From assembly GCA_002633005.1 (NCBI GenBank), contig NMRA01000043.1, forward strand, positions 832,481 through 896,480: a DNA stretch of 64,000 nucleotides. Direction: 5' to 3'. Position 1 is the first letter of the stretch; every line of letters begins with the position of its first letter. Source of the DNA: Phoronis australis (taxonomy: Eukaryota > Animalia > Phoronida). Below the pieces are notes generated by a model that was not told the DNA's origin, ran no database searches, and saw only the letters and a program-made list of their open reading frames with translations. Shown here piece by piece: positions 26,027 to 40,195 of this stretch. The translations under genes were made by a program, and so were the position numbers.

Positions 26027-27951
26027 AGATAAGTGGCAAAAAGGATCTTCAAGAATCCAGATTCACAAAACATACATCAAAAGCATTTTTAGTGGTAATA
26101 TTATTATAAATATAGCAACTGATTACACTTCGAACAAGATACAGTCCACCTATATAGTGTTTTAATACTGTATGTAACAACCTCAGTTAAGCTGGTAAGT
26201 AGACATTTTTCTGGGTTTCAAAGTTCTTCAAATTTTTGTCTTTTGGTTTCTACATAAGAATTAAGGGCAAATAAATTGATATTTCATAGTGATGCGCATC
26301 ATAAGAGGGTTCGCTGACTTATCAGAAGCGTGCCAATTGCTCCGGAGCATTTCACTAGCTGGTTATGTTATTGGGATTGCAAAATAAGTTTACTTCAGCT
26401 GATGTGAAAATCTAAAACAAAAACTTCAGCTTGAACATGACTCTAGCTTAAAGCCATTGTTGGTACAACTCCAAGCTTACTGTATCATGCCAGTCTTACC
26501 TCACATGTAACCCAGTACAGAGTTAGTATCGCAGAAAAATTATGATGACGTCTCAAGCGATTGGTCAATACTGGGTCAGTCACAAAGGGCATATTGTTAC
26601 ACGCATCTTACACAAACTGTGTAAAATCTCATCCAGCAAACAACTGACTGTAGAACATCAATGCCAGACAACGCATTAATCAGCAACAGAAATACCAATG
26701 GCGACTTGGCTTTGACTTTATATCCGATCAGGAAAATCACTTCACCCTAGCGTGACTTGGCATAGGGATGTGACCTTCAGATGTGAAAACACAACAGCAG
26801 GTGAATTCATATAGTAACTTCATAGTAGTCCCAATGGCCATATATTTCCCTCTGGCTAGATCCATGTTTACATAAACACTATCTTCATCTAACTTTGCTT
26901 GCCTGGACTCTTGTATACATCTAATATTTATCTACCAGCAGGGGTATACAGTGATTGGCTGGGCTCCTGCAGTCAGCCCTTGCACAAAACTGAACCTCCA
27001 CCTGCCTTTACAGCCAGTCAACACTAATAGAATACTGCCAATTAGTTCAACATAATCAAATCATTTCACCGGACTGATTTCCACTAAGACCAGGATCATG
27101 TCTGCTCTGGGTAAAAGCCAAGAATGACTTCTAATTATCCCATGGGAATGAATTATTTGACACACTTGGTACCTCCAGGCACAGACATGACACTCTTCAA
27201 CAATGCAGTCAAGTTTCAGCAGATAAACAACTCAACTGCTAAATCTGCATGAGTGTCACAACCTCTGAGAGAAATTATCTTCATTAAAGTAAAAACAGAT
27301 CATTTAAAGTGACACGAAATCCATAGCTTGTATTCAGGTAACGTTCTCTGCTGCTTCAGGAAGGGTTTCCACATATGAGCCACCAACAGAAACATAGAAT
27401 AAAGATAAGTAACTGATAAGGTACAAACTGCATTGTGAGTCATCTGTGGAACACTACACCAGCTTTCATAAACAGAAAAATGATGAAGCAATACATGCAG
27501 GTACAGCAATGGTGTACCAAGATTTAAACAATATTCCCCAAAAATAAATACATATTTTCAACAAAACTTCCTTAAATACACAAGCAGTCATTGAGTAGGT
27601 AACATGAAAAAATTTAAAATCAGCTTTAATTCATTAAAAAGATGAAGCAATATACTTCAAGATGTTTCACTTAATTTGTAAAGCATGTAGTATTACTGTC
27701 TTTAGTTTCCTTCAAAACAATCCGGCTAATTTTGAAAGGTCATAACCAATTATTCAATTCCAAAATTGACATGCATCAAATACTTTAGAACTTACTGTAG
27801 GCACATATCAACATGAAAATGAGTTTAAAGCCTTTTTTTGCGAGTCAAGTCTTCATTTTCCAAGAAAATTACACAAACAAAAGCTTAAGAGTGACACACT
27901 TGGACAAAACTGTGACAGACTTTACCAAATGTAATAGTGTATTTGTGTGCT

Positions 27952-28071
27952 CCTATCTAAGCTAAGGTGACCACAGTAAGAACTAAACAGTAATACCATT
28001 AAACATATCCCTATCTAAGCTAAGGTGACCACAGTAAGAACTAAACAGTAATACCATTTTAACATATCCTA
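27952..28071. repeat. Direct duplication, about 58 bp x2
   Basis: CCTATCTAAGCTAAGGTGACCACAGTAAGAACTAAACAGTAATACCATT..AACATAT twice. Confidence 0.9.
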
Positions 28072-30311
28072 TAATAATGAAGCAGAGCTAGATTTATAGA
28101 TAATTTGTATAAGTGATAACAAAAAATTCTTCCAATACATGACCTTTGCACTACTGGTGTACCTGGTGAGCACACCCCACCCCCCACATCATAGAGTGTT
28201 ACTGTGCGTGGCTCACTGAATAATCACCACAGTACTTGTTCTTAAAAACATGCAACAATTTATGAGACACTTATAATATTCACACAGTTGCAATATGTTG
28301 CATTTCTAAAGTGTTTGATGTAATAATAAGAAAAATAAGTGATAAGCATAAAAATTCCACTTGAAGCAATGAGATAAGTTTACGTAAAATGAATAGCAAC
28401 CTTTTTAGAGATACTGATTTCCATTATCCTTTAGTAGAAGTCGTCCCATACTCTCCAGTACACAGACAGACATAAATTAAATTTTTAACAAAATGGATAC
28501 TTCATCGCACTTTCAACACTAGATGTTGTCAAATTTATTTTGAAAATTACTGAATTAACAAAAATATTTTCATACTTGACAGCAGCCAATCTGACTGCCT
28601 TTGAGATACCGTTTATTAGTGAAACGTTTTATTTTCCATTGTCTATTGTCAGGTGCCATTGGCATGGACAATATTATCAGTGCCCAGGCACTTCCCCTCG
28701 TCATCAAGCTGCCTTCCTCCCACAAGATGTCATGACTCCCCCCCNCCCCCCCCCCAAATTTAGTTGGAAGACTAATTTGTGAAATTGTTATGGAACTACT
28801 AAAAGATGGTAATCACCCAAGTTGTTGAGTCATATGAATGATGATGTAGGCAATGAAAGCTCTTGACAATAACAAAAGGTTGCAATGTCATTCACTTTCA
28901 TTCAGATGGTGACTAAACAGACATCTTAGAATGGCAAACTGCCAGTGATACTATAGATAGATAGTTAGTATCCAATCAGTGATTATAATTACACTTTGAT
29001 TGTCCTATCAATTACCAAGAGCATTAATGGAGGATAATTTAATTGAAATTCATATAAACTGATAGATACAAGTATCAAATTACCTTATAATTTTTGCATG
29101 GATTTTGTTGATGAGAACATCACTTTGGTTTTCAACATAAGAAACTTAGATTTATTCAATTTACGTATTTTTTGGAACGAAAGCACGAGAGCCAGACTTT
29201 GCTAATGAAGCATCACAGACATATTACATAAATCTCTAAGTAAAAAATAAACAATTTAATTCTCTTCCACTTAAAGTTGAGCTCCTAATGTTCTGAGATT
29301 TCAACTCAATCAGCCATTTACAATTCTGGTCAGATATGGTGTGATTATCCTAGCAATCACTGACATTTAGGGCTGATCAAAACAAAAACTGATCTAAAAC
29401 ACACATCATCACATGTCACGTTAAAAAGCACAGCTTTGCTTAGTCACTAAATGGAAGTTTCAAGGAATCTAAAAATAAGCTTATGCGACAGAAAGAAGTC
29501 CCTCAAAGTATTCAGAAAGAACTCCCTGCCACACAGGCATGTGTCGCCATCTATTGAGATGAATAAGAACAGACCATGCAAACTAAGCACGAGGTGACAT
29601 TTCACACTAACATTTGAATGATTAACAGCGGCCAAATATGAACAGTAACTTGGTGGGTTTAAAATAGGTTAAACCAATTACTTTCTTAATTATCTATGAC
29701 TGTCTTAAGTTTGTTGAAGGTTGCTTTTAATTTGGACACAACACTACTTAATGGATAACTCAGTGCTCTGATAGCCAAAGTGAGGACAGACAACTGAACG
29801 GTATCAGGTTCAACACCCACCATTAACCAGGAGAAATACAATCCAAGTGCTCACCACGAGCATACCAGATACCCAGGCTCGTTCTTCTACTCAGTACCCT
29901 GCAACACTCCAAGATGACTGGAGACATGACCAACCCAAATATCGAGCAAATGCAACTAGGCTACTTAGTGTAAGCAAATGATGTTTCCAATTGCCTAATG
30001 AATACAAATGTATAAAGAGAATCAAAAAAATAATTATGAAATTGCTAATTTCCAGTTTTCAAAAGCTCACTCACTACCTTTCTGGAAATAAGGAAAACTT
30101 GACAAAATGTTGTTCTTTATGAAATCTACAATGCAAACCTTGTTACATATTATTCGTCACACATTTAGCACACAATGTGGCGGTCATGAGAAATCACATT
30201 TTGAAAGACTTCTCAAATAAAAATAAGATTAAGAGATTTAAGTTCAATTCTATCTGCTAAATTCCATACATTTCAAGTTTGCTATTCCTTACTTCAAAAT
30301 CCAGACCATAC

Positions 30312-30371
30312 CTTTTGTCCAGTACAGAACAACCACATAAAGGAACGTTCACAAGTACAGTGAAAACTCAT
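30312..30371 (-). CDS. Candidate alternative first coding exon (MSFHCTCERSFMWLFCTGQK)
   Basis: gtgATG start, AAG|gtatgg phase-0 donor, CxC motif at residues 5 and 7. Confidence 0.35.
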
Positions 30372-32354
30372 CACTTTCAGACAAAGGGAATTGCTGTAAT
30401 TGCCATTTTTTTCCCTTTTTTAAAGTCTTCTTACATAGCCATGAATACATTCAAGTTTTTAAATATTATGTAGTAGAGGCTCTGATACAAACCTGGAGCA
30501 CAGCAAAGAGTTGTCTTGTTATTACATCTTTCATGGAAACAGTGTGCAAAAGTTTTGAAGAGTTTGCTACTACAAACTGGTTATTAAACTAACCAAAATA
30601 TCTGCAAACTCCAACTTTGGCCAAATTTTTAAGTAAAGTTTGGTGAGTTGCCACCATAGTAGACCAGACTTAAACTTGCATTTACCACTTTGATCAAAGA
30701 CCGGCTCACAGACCGACTTAATCCTAAACACTGAAGCGTTAACGTCAAGAATTAATCTAAGATTTGAAGTGATGGTCCAAATTCGCAAGACTGACACTCG
30801 CCATATGCTAGTATTCCATATCAGGTCACCTTGACGTCACATAATAGGGATGTATTCCTCTGAAAAACATGGCTGCCAGCATTTGCCGATCGACAGTGTG
30901 ACACTTAGGTTGAAAACAGTTGGTAACAGTCCATGATCTCCATTTATGTGTAAATATTTAACTAAAACAAGAAATTGTAGATTTCACTACAATTTATGAA
31001 TCAGAAATGTTAAAATTCTTGGCTGCGTAGTCCAGGCTGTCAGTTTTTTAAAACTGCCCATCCCAATAACAGCCCTGGTTCACAAGTGGGAACGAGTCAT
31101 CACTCCGTCTTGACATGAAGGATGAACAAGACCTCCACAAGAGGTCTACATTATACAACCGCACTACAAACTCACATGACTGCGCCAGACCACCCTCTTC
31201 TTTTTGGGCGGAGGCTCCACCTGGGGACAGTCATCTAAAGAAATCATAGAGGTCATGACACAGACATGACTCAGCTCCTCGTGGAAACTCAGAACTTTCA
31301 GACGATATAACATCTTCGCAGGTCAACTCTCAACAAGATGAGGCAGAACATGTGAATGTTAGTACCAGCCAAATCTAGGGAAAATTTTTCAGGCATACAA
31401 CTCTTTATTGACCAGTCAAGGAAGATTTTCCAATTTCATGACTTCAATAACTGTTGTAATACATGTAAGCGACTGCACAAAACATGGCATGAACCTGTGA
31501 TAAGCATAAGAAAATGAAGCAGTTAAATATACATCAACATTGTGACAATCCTATAGACTATCCAGGTACCATGGATACGAGGATAGAAGACTATCAAGAA
31601 TTACACAAAAATTGATAATAGGAAAATCTATGAAACAACAAAAGCTTACTTGAATGGATCCCAGATGATGATGAGAAAAGTGCAAATGTCCATGTTGTCT
31701 TAGTGTAATCAACTAAATTGCAAGATCTGCAGCTAAGTCATCAATAATAGCTGGAGGCAACTACTGCCACCTGCTGTACACTAATGTTAAGACTGTACAT
31801 GATATGCACAACCTGACCAGTAGAAGTTCCTTATAGCCTTGGGTCTTCAGGGCCTGCCTGCCCACTTTGCAACACGAGAAGACACATAAGGCTCTACAGC
31901 AATCAATGGCCCCAAAAATAAGAGCATATCGAAATATCAAGGAAGTTGCAATAACAAAATTGGCATTTTTACAATCCTTGCCATGTGGGACCTCAATATG
32001 GATTTTAGTAAATCATCAACTACATCAAACTGGTCTAAAAAAACTCCTCGTTTTAGCAATTGCGAATAACTATCTACGTACGAAAACTTAGATAAGATGT
32101 GGATCAATCTTGTCGAAACTACATCGACACTTTTACATGCTGAAGGTCAGGGGATGATAATCATTTCCTGTGACCAGACTCAATAACGTTTGAGGTTATT
32201 TTGAGTGAATTGCCCAGTTTACAACCTATGAAGTGTACATCAAACACGATTGTACATGAATCGCCTTCTCAACATGCACTTGGATCATAGAGTTGTTTTT
32301 GGTAGTAATGAAAATTGCACACCATAAATGTTGCTTGGCTAGTCACAGCCCTAC

Positions 32355-32536
32355 GTGATAACAGTTGTGTATCATTGAGTTCCAGTGATAACAGTTGTGT
32401 ATCATTGAGTTACAGTGATAACAGTTGTGTATCATTGAGTTCCAGTGATAACAGTTATGTATCATTGAGTTCCAGTGATAACAGTTGTGTATCATTGAGT
32501 TACAGTGATAACAGTTGTGTATCATTGAGTTCCAGT
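32355..32536. repeat. Minisatellite, 30-bp unit x6
   Basis: GTGATAACAGTTGTGTATCATTGAGTT(C/A)CA repeated. Confidence 0.95.
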
Positions 32537-32642
32537 CAACATTTTTTCTGAAATCGTTGAAGACAAATGTTGATGTAATAAGATCTAGCATGGACTTACA
32601 TACCTCAAACTCATCACCATAGTAATCGAACATCTTACATAC

Positions 32643-32693
32643 CTGGATCTCGTCACCATAGTAATCGCACAGCTTCACTACTGGAACTGCCAT
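32643..32693 (-). CDS. Candidate alternative first coding exon (MAVPVVKLCDYYGDEIQ), with a second in-frame donor at 32604
   Basis: ATGG start, CAG|gtatgt phase-0 donor. A diverged 39-nt duplication supplies a second donor, GAG|gtatgt. Confidence 0.4.
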
Positions 32694-35194
32694 AAAAGAA
32701 CCACCGGTCATCCTCACACCGTAGACTACCTACACTACGGCCAGTCTTTGCCTTCGGGTATTTTTCAAGTTTTCAATTTGGCAAACAAAATTTGTTGAAA
32801 TGTCCAACAATAATGTTCAAAACAACAGAAGTGGAGTCAACGCCGATGAATATCAGTGTTTAGAAGCTGATCAAAGTATCTGCAGGAATATGTTATCAAC
32901 GTGGCACTACTTGAAATCATGATTTCGACAGCGGTCCCATCAATGTCAAGGTTTTTATCAAAACACTTTGGTTTTTAGACTTTTCTTGATCATGATAATT
33001 TAGTTCACTATTTCTGCACTCGCACGCCTTACTGTAAACTGGGTTTGTTTCAGTTTTGAAGTTCAAGCTATGAACAATGTAACTTGTCACTTTAATGTTA
33101 TGTTCATTCACCTGTAGTACGGTATTGTACAGTATTACAGTGACATAGGCACACAGTCTATAGTCATTGGAAAATTGGGCAATAGTCTGATATAACGTGC
33201 CTGTATTTTGAGAACCAGTTTGATGCCCGTTACTCAGTGGAGAAAACTGGTTATCAAAATGCGTGCACATTATACCAAACCATTATTGGAAATTGTATAA
33301 AGAGCATATTAAAAACTGATACTGTGTGTAACCAATAGTTGGTAGACATGTTAGAAAAAGTACATAGTGAAGAGCTGCCAAGTCAATTTTTGCTCAAGAG
33401 CCTCCCAAAAGGTACTGACCCTCAGTATGGAAATGTTCCTCATAGAAGTCAAGATGGCCACAACACAGTATGGCTAATATGGTAGCTAACTCACGCATAT
33501 TGTTGTAAGATAAAATGCTTGGGACAGAGAAATAAGAACCCTACCACTCACACATTGACTAGTTCCCAGCTAAGACTAGACACTGCTGATCTATTCTTGC
33601 TCCAGATTGGCCATGAAATGATGTCACGTAACTAATAGCAACATAGGCTGGCCATCCCTAACATTCATAATCCAACACTGGTGTCACTTGGTAATGTCAA
33701 CATCATTATTATAAGCTCATTCTCCTGGTATACTACACTGGTGTTAGTTGGTAATAAATGCGAAGCAATGCAGGCCATATCCAGCAAACTGTCTCTGTTT
33801 TCCACAGGTTACAGGATACTTAGAAATATATAATACATTATACACACAATAATAACAAAATAACAAACAATATAATGTATTGTCTATAGCCTTTTTAAAT
33901 GCAAAAAGTACATAGTCACTGGAAGTGTACCTCAACTAGGAACAATAAAAAAAACATTTGCATTCAAAGAGACAATCGAAGAATCTTACCCAACATTCCC
34001 TTGAATGTAGGCTGAAGTCATATAGTCGCCGCTCATTGTCAGGATAAATCCAGTCATACGCAATGTTCATAGTCACTGACCACCAAAAATTTTACTAGGT
34101 GACTTGTTTCCCACCGAATATCACATGGACCACAACTGAAGCCATCCAGCTCTAGATATGTCCACTCAACCAACTGCACATCAGTTGAAAGGTTCAAGAA
34201 TACCAGCGAACTGAAAGATGCCTCACTGCTTAAACTCAGTGTGCAAATCAATAGACCAAAAGTTGTGCATATTTACTGCAGCAGAGTAACAGTCAGTCCA
34301 GTATGGCAGTAGATGATGTGGTGATAGACCAGGTCCATAGTTGCGACCCCGTCGCCTTTTACGCACCATATCGTGTATTGACCAACCATGTCTCTGTTCA
34401 TGTCACCACAGATTGCTGCAGGAGTACTCCGGCCTAAACAACAATTTTGCCCCTTCCGTTGCAATAAACGATGCGATTAATTCAATTGGTTTACAATGTA
34501 ATGTTACTTGTTAATTTAGTGTCAGTGTGACATAGGGGACAACAATATTAAAAGCATCATATCGCATTTGGCCTCATCGCTTGTAAATAATCACGTCGCT
34601 GTCTATAGGCAGCAAGTCAACATGGTCAACCATCCGCGTGCTCGTTGTTAATTCTGTCCTTCATCTGCTGTCAAAGGATACTACAACATCACATACACAA
34701 CATGTGTGTGTGTGTGTGCATGCATGTGTGCGTGCGTGCGTGCGTGCGTGGTGACCGGCTGCAACATTTAATGGAACTTTCTCAACAATATGACAATAAA
34801 CACTAAGTTTCTGATAAAAGTTTCCAAAAACTTCCAAGGAAAACAAAGTTTTGAATATTCCAAATGCCAACGAATGACAGAAGCCATTGATGCAATACTT
34901 TTTTGTCAGTGTTGTAACAACAGCTGCGGTACTCTACATTTGTCTTTCTACCTTGATAACAGTTGATCACAATGTTTCCCCAGGAGAAAAAAGCATGAAT
35001 TCATGCAAGCCAGTGAGCAAAACAGCTTCTAAAATGACTTAATTGGCCGTCAATAATCGTGCAAATGTGGCGTGTTTGTTTGTAAAGTAGACAGCCACAG
35101 ATAACTGGATTAACCCTGATCTGTCCAGGGAAATTGTGGAGAAATCAATTTAATTACGGAACAGAAAAACGATTCAGCCCAGGGCCAAAACGTG

Positions 35195-36640
35195 AAAAAA
35201 CACGGGGCATTGAAATGCACTCACGACTGCACCGCATTGCTTCTAAGAGTGTCGATTTGTATCATAGAAATGGTTGTTAGATGGCACAGAATACAATGAA
35301 AATGTCCAAAAATGGGGAGGTATCATTGTCCCTCAAATTACTTGCCAAATGTCATGATAATCCGTCAAAGAACTCCAAATGTAAAAAACTGCCATTAAGA
35401 ACCACAATATAGTCGAATTTGTCCATCTGCAGTCAAATTAATAGGGATACAATTGCAAAATTTACAAAACATCTTTCAAGAGGTTTAGGAGATACAGCCG
35501 TAGATGTGAAAACATGTCACTAGGGGGCACCACATCACTGGCACCCATTTGAAATTCCACGTCAGTCATGCTCATGTCAATAGGAACACATCTGCCAATT
35601 TTCATAATGATCCTCTGCGCAGTTTGGCAGATACAGAATCAGATGACAAAAAAGACTAAAAAATTAATATGGCCACTAGTTGAAGCAGAATAAATCGAAT
35701 CCATCACAAAAAGGAAAGGTGCTGTCGCCTTCATAACAGAAACTTGTTTGCCAAATTTCACAAAAAAGCATCAAGGAATGTAAACAATAAAATTGCCACT
35801 ATGGAGTACAGTTATTGTTGGATTGGTCTGGAACTCATCGCCATTTGTTGTTAGGACTGGGCCACAATAATCCGAGTCGTCCGAAAATCATCATCAGCCC
35901 TGTTCTTCACAGTAGAAACATAAATGCCAATTTTCCAAATCATCCTTAGAGTCATTTGGCTGATAGAGGAGCGGACGCCAAAAACAGAATACAAGGCAAT
36001 CAATCAAAATGGATACCAGATGGTGGGCCCAAAATGAAACAAATCCATCCGAAAACGGGAAGATGTCATTGTTTCCTTAATACTTCAAACAAACAGAAGA
36101 AAACCCGAAGAAAATGAAATTGCCACTAGGGGGCACAACATTCATGGAATACATCCATACATCTCAAGGTCATCGTCGTTCATTGTCAACTTCATATAAA
36201 TACACCAGTCAAATTTAATAAAGATCCTGATGGTTTAGGAGATACAACCATAGACACACAAAACACAAAACTGCCACTAGGGGGTGCCACAGTAGTCAAA
36301 ATCCTCCACAAATAATTGTTAGTTGTACCCTTCATAGTAGGAACATACATGCCAATTTTCATAATCACCCTTTGAGTGGTTTGGTTGATTGAGGGGCAGA
36401 CGCAAAAAACAAACTCAAAAACAGTAAAAATGGCCAGTAGGTGGCGTAATCAGAATTCAAAAACAAAATGGCCACCATGGCCGCCATCTTGAATCTGATC
36501 ATGACGAAAAACAATAGTCTTACAGCTCTTCTGGAACTACAAGTTGTGTGTGAATATCATGCTGGTCGTACAAAAATTGTGACCTGTATCATGCCAGCAC
36601 AAAAGAAAGTTTAAGTGTCAGAGCAACATATTTGACGAAT
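35195..36640 (-). mobile_element. HINE-like family 1 element (older, composite copy)
   Basis: GCATTGAAATGCACTCACGACTGCACCGCA terminus as at 15515 and 63772; internal units homologous to 15800-16600. Confidence 0.6.
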
Positions 36641-39410
36641 GCCTGTAGCAACAACATTATTTAGTTTTACACGCATTGGAAAAATTCTTAAACTACTGAA
36701 AACACTGAAAATCCTTACAGGAGGACTAGATCGAGACATGAACACCACGTGTTTTTCTGACGCAGACACTCAGACTTGATAGCATATGCAAATCTTAATT
36801 GTTAAAGACAACTCAGGATCTTGTGTCTGACAGACAAGAATCAATAACATTAAGACCTATTAAACAATGACGTCTATAAAGGATCAATGATTGGACAAGT
36901 GCGACAGGTTTTCATTCCCGATGACACAAAATATAAACATAATGTGAAGATCTTGGTCTTCCATGACACTTAGTTCATCCAAGCTTGAATAATGCATACT
37001 ACCAAGACTGATGAAGCTGCAACTAATACAACTTTATTTGTTTACAAGGCAATATTTACCATAATAATAAACTCAACCAATAGTTTGCAGTGAATATTTT
37101 TGGGACTTCTTTATTCAAGGTTACATACAAAAGCTTATATAAGGTAAAGTTTCCTAGGATTCCAACCAAAATAATTGCCAAAATTGTCAAATTGTCAAAA
37201 TACCTGAATGCCATTGTTTGCTTGTTGTTGGCAGTTACAAAGCATAAACTCTGGAAATGATCAAGTGAAAGTTTTCTGCCTATTTATCATAGCTGTAAAA
37301 AAATGTTCTTAAAATAATTTTTTAATGTTACGCCATACTGTGAACAAAATTGAAAAACTATATGTTATCTTACTAGCAACATGGAAGAAATCTTTATTTT
37401 TGTGTACTTCATGGCTTCACAAGCTTGTGATTCAGTGTTGAAAAGGTGACTGGCCCAAAAAGCTTAATAAAGCTTTTTGACAAGTCTTTAAGCTAACTGA
37501 ACAATGGGAACTGGACAATTCAAGCTTGGGAGAAAACTAACAAATAAGGGGATAGAATAGTGACAACCATGTGAAACAAAGATTCCCGCCAGTAGTCAGA
37601 TGTAGGGCACAGGACTGGCTCGAAAGCTAGGCCCACAAACACAAACACAAACAGGTCACCCATAAGTAACTACTCTATCCCCTACAGTATGTAACGGTGC
37701 CACCTATGAACTTTCATTCTGTTACGAAATAAGGCAACATACTATAAAGCTTGACAAAGTTAGGTCACATTTAACTAAGTAGACAGGTTTTTAAATGAGC
37801 GCACATCTTTCTCAAACTTTGACCAACTACCAAACAATTCAGCAGACTTTTTCCACTTCTTCCCTAACTGACAAAAGAAAGAAGCTACCAGTTCCTATCT
37901 TGAAACTGACAAATGAAAACTAAGAGACTGGAGAAATTTCAAGCAATGAACAGCTAAAAAGTGGTCGACAACACTACATGCAATGAGTGGTATGCCTGGG
38001 CACGCCTCAAAGTAAATTTCAGATGTCATGTAGTCTATTGGTGTGTGGGAGTAATGTCTGGGTTAACACCCAAAAGGCTTAAATCTAATTTAGGAAATAC
38101 GGGGTTAACCTGGGCTTAGATGTTTAAAAACAAAATTTTTGACAAATCGGGATTTGGTCCAACAGTTGATGCACTCATGCAAGTCTTTAGAATGCGCACG
38201 ATGAAAAAGAACAATTTTACGTCTCATTTAGCAAAGAGTGGGTACTTTCCAGCCCAAATATGATAAGATGTCATGGAAACTGACTATCTTGTGAAGTTGA
38301 CGGCCTAGTTTCCATTTGGGAAGAGGGAGAGGTCCTTGGCACTTTTGATGGCAAGGACAAAAACAGCAATGCATTTGAATGAAGGTCATTTTAGTGTCAC
38401 CTTGCGATAACTTCACTGAACTAGTTTTCTGAATAACTCCGAAGCTGATGGGAACGCCAACGCTTAACACTGCGGTATTTCGATAGTAGTTGATTAAACT
38501 GTATGGGAAATGGCTTTTGGGAACCCTGCTCTTAAGTCAGACAACTGTCAGAGTTGGCCCAAAGTAAAAGACGGGTTAACAAAGGATTTGTAGTCCTGGC
38601 TGAGAAGATAATTGTTTTGTATTACTCCCAATAGATTATAAATAGCCAAGTCCTGTTGTGAGTTGATGATATTGCATCCTGGCTACACATCCTTCTTCAA
38701 CAAAAACACGCACACAGCAGCGACAATAAGTCAATTAATGGCAAAGTCAACACCAATCTGTGATCACTGATTTGCTACTTATTAAAAAGTCAATCCTTTT
38801 AATAATAGCCATGCATTTACAATTTTCAGTCCATTAAATTTGCTCTTTCCAACAAGGTAATAATCAATAGCATTAATCAAACAGGTTATCTGTTGTTGAG
38901 TCACTAGCTATTGGGTCTGTTGAGAATACAGTGGTCGACAATTACCCTGTTGAAAAGCTGGCTAATAAAAACACTAGACATTTTTGCTAGCACCTTCACC
39001 ACAAGCAAAAATGGCAGTAATATGTGACCAGATACTAGTGTCGCTGGAGGATTTGCTGGTAGTTTGAGTTACCCTAAACACTTGGTGTCTTCACTATTAC
39101 TTTTACCACACCGCTCATTTCAAATGACATAGGTGAGTAAGGGAAAGTGAAGGTGCATCTCGATTAAAAGCAATTCAGGCAACGAGGACACAAACTTTGC
39201 TGGCGAAAATGACCACTTCATGGAGAGCTCATTTGTCTGGCTGAAATGCCAGCATTTTAGACAATTGTGTGAACCCGGTAAGACACTCATATAAACCTAG
39301 CAAGACACAGCAGAAAGCTACACAGTGGTATAAGGGACACAATACATCTGGGAAGACAATCACACAACTAATAATTATGGCATACACTAAGCTCCATCTA
39401 ACTTCGTATT

Positions 39411-39840
39411 CAAGGTACCTAAACTACATGGTCAACGGACTCATAAACACGGGCACGGACGCATGAACATGACTCACGGACCTACTAACACCGTCCACCG
39501 ACTCACAAACACAGGAACGGACTCCCAAAACACGATCCACGCACCCAAATACACGGGACACGGACTCATATTCACGAGGAAACACGGTTAACGGACCGCC
39601 AAACACGGGTCACGGACTCATCGGCTTCCTGGGTCAGCTGACATCTTCATTTTGTCCGTGACCCGTGTTTGGCGGTCCGTTAAACGTGTTTCCTCGTGAA
39701 TATGACTCCGTGTCCCGTGTATTTGGGTGCGTGGATCGTGTTTTGTGAGTCCATTCCCGTGTTTGTGAGTCAGTGGACGGTGTTTGCAGGTCCGTGAGTC
39801 GTGTTTATGAGTCAGTTGACCGTGTAGTTTAGGTACCTTG
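39411..39840. mobile_element. Foldback MITE with about 200-bp TIRs and 5-bp TSD
   Basis: GTATT|CAAGGTACCTAAACTACA ... TGTAGTTTAGGTACCTTG|GTATT; spacer of about 35 nt. Confidence 0.85.
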
Positions 39841-40195
39841 GTATTGGTAATGAAGAAATGATTCCCACAATGCTATTCACTAGAACATGGACGTCTGGGG
39901 ATAAGGGCCCCAAGTAACCACCTGAATGTAAATATTTGTCTGGTTGAACCATTCCTTCAGCCATTGCATGAGAATCCGGATTTTAAGCTCTTTGTTTTGC
40001 ATAAAATCTGAGAAGTAATATCATTTGGAGAAGACAATGTTAATATTTTTCGAAGATGACTTAGTGCCACTGCAGAGACAACATTCCCATTCTTTTCAAA
40101 GATGGATGAATGCCACTATAAAAACCGCATGTTCATGTTTTTCAAAGATGGCCGAGTGCCGCTGCAAAAACTACGCACCGTACATATTCACATTT

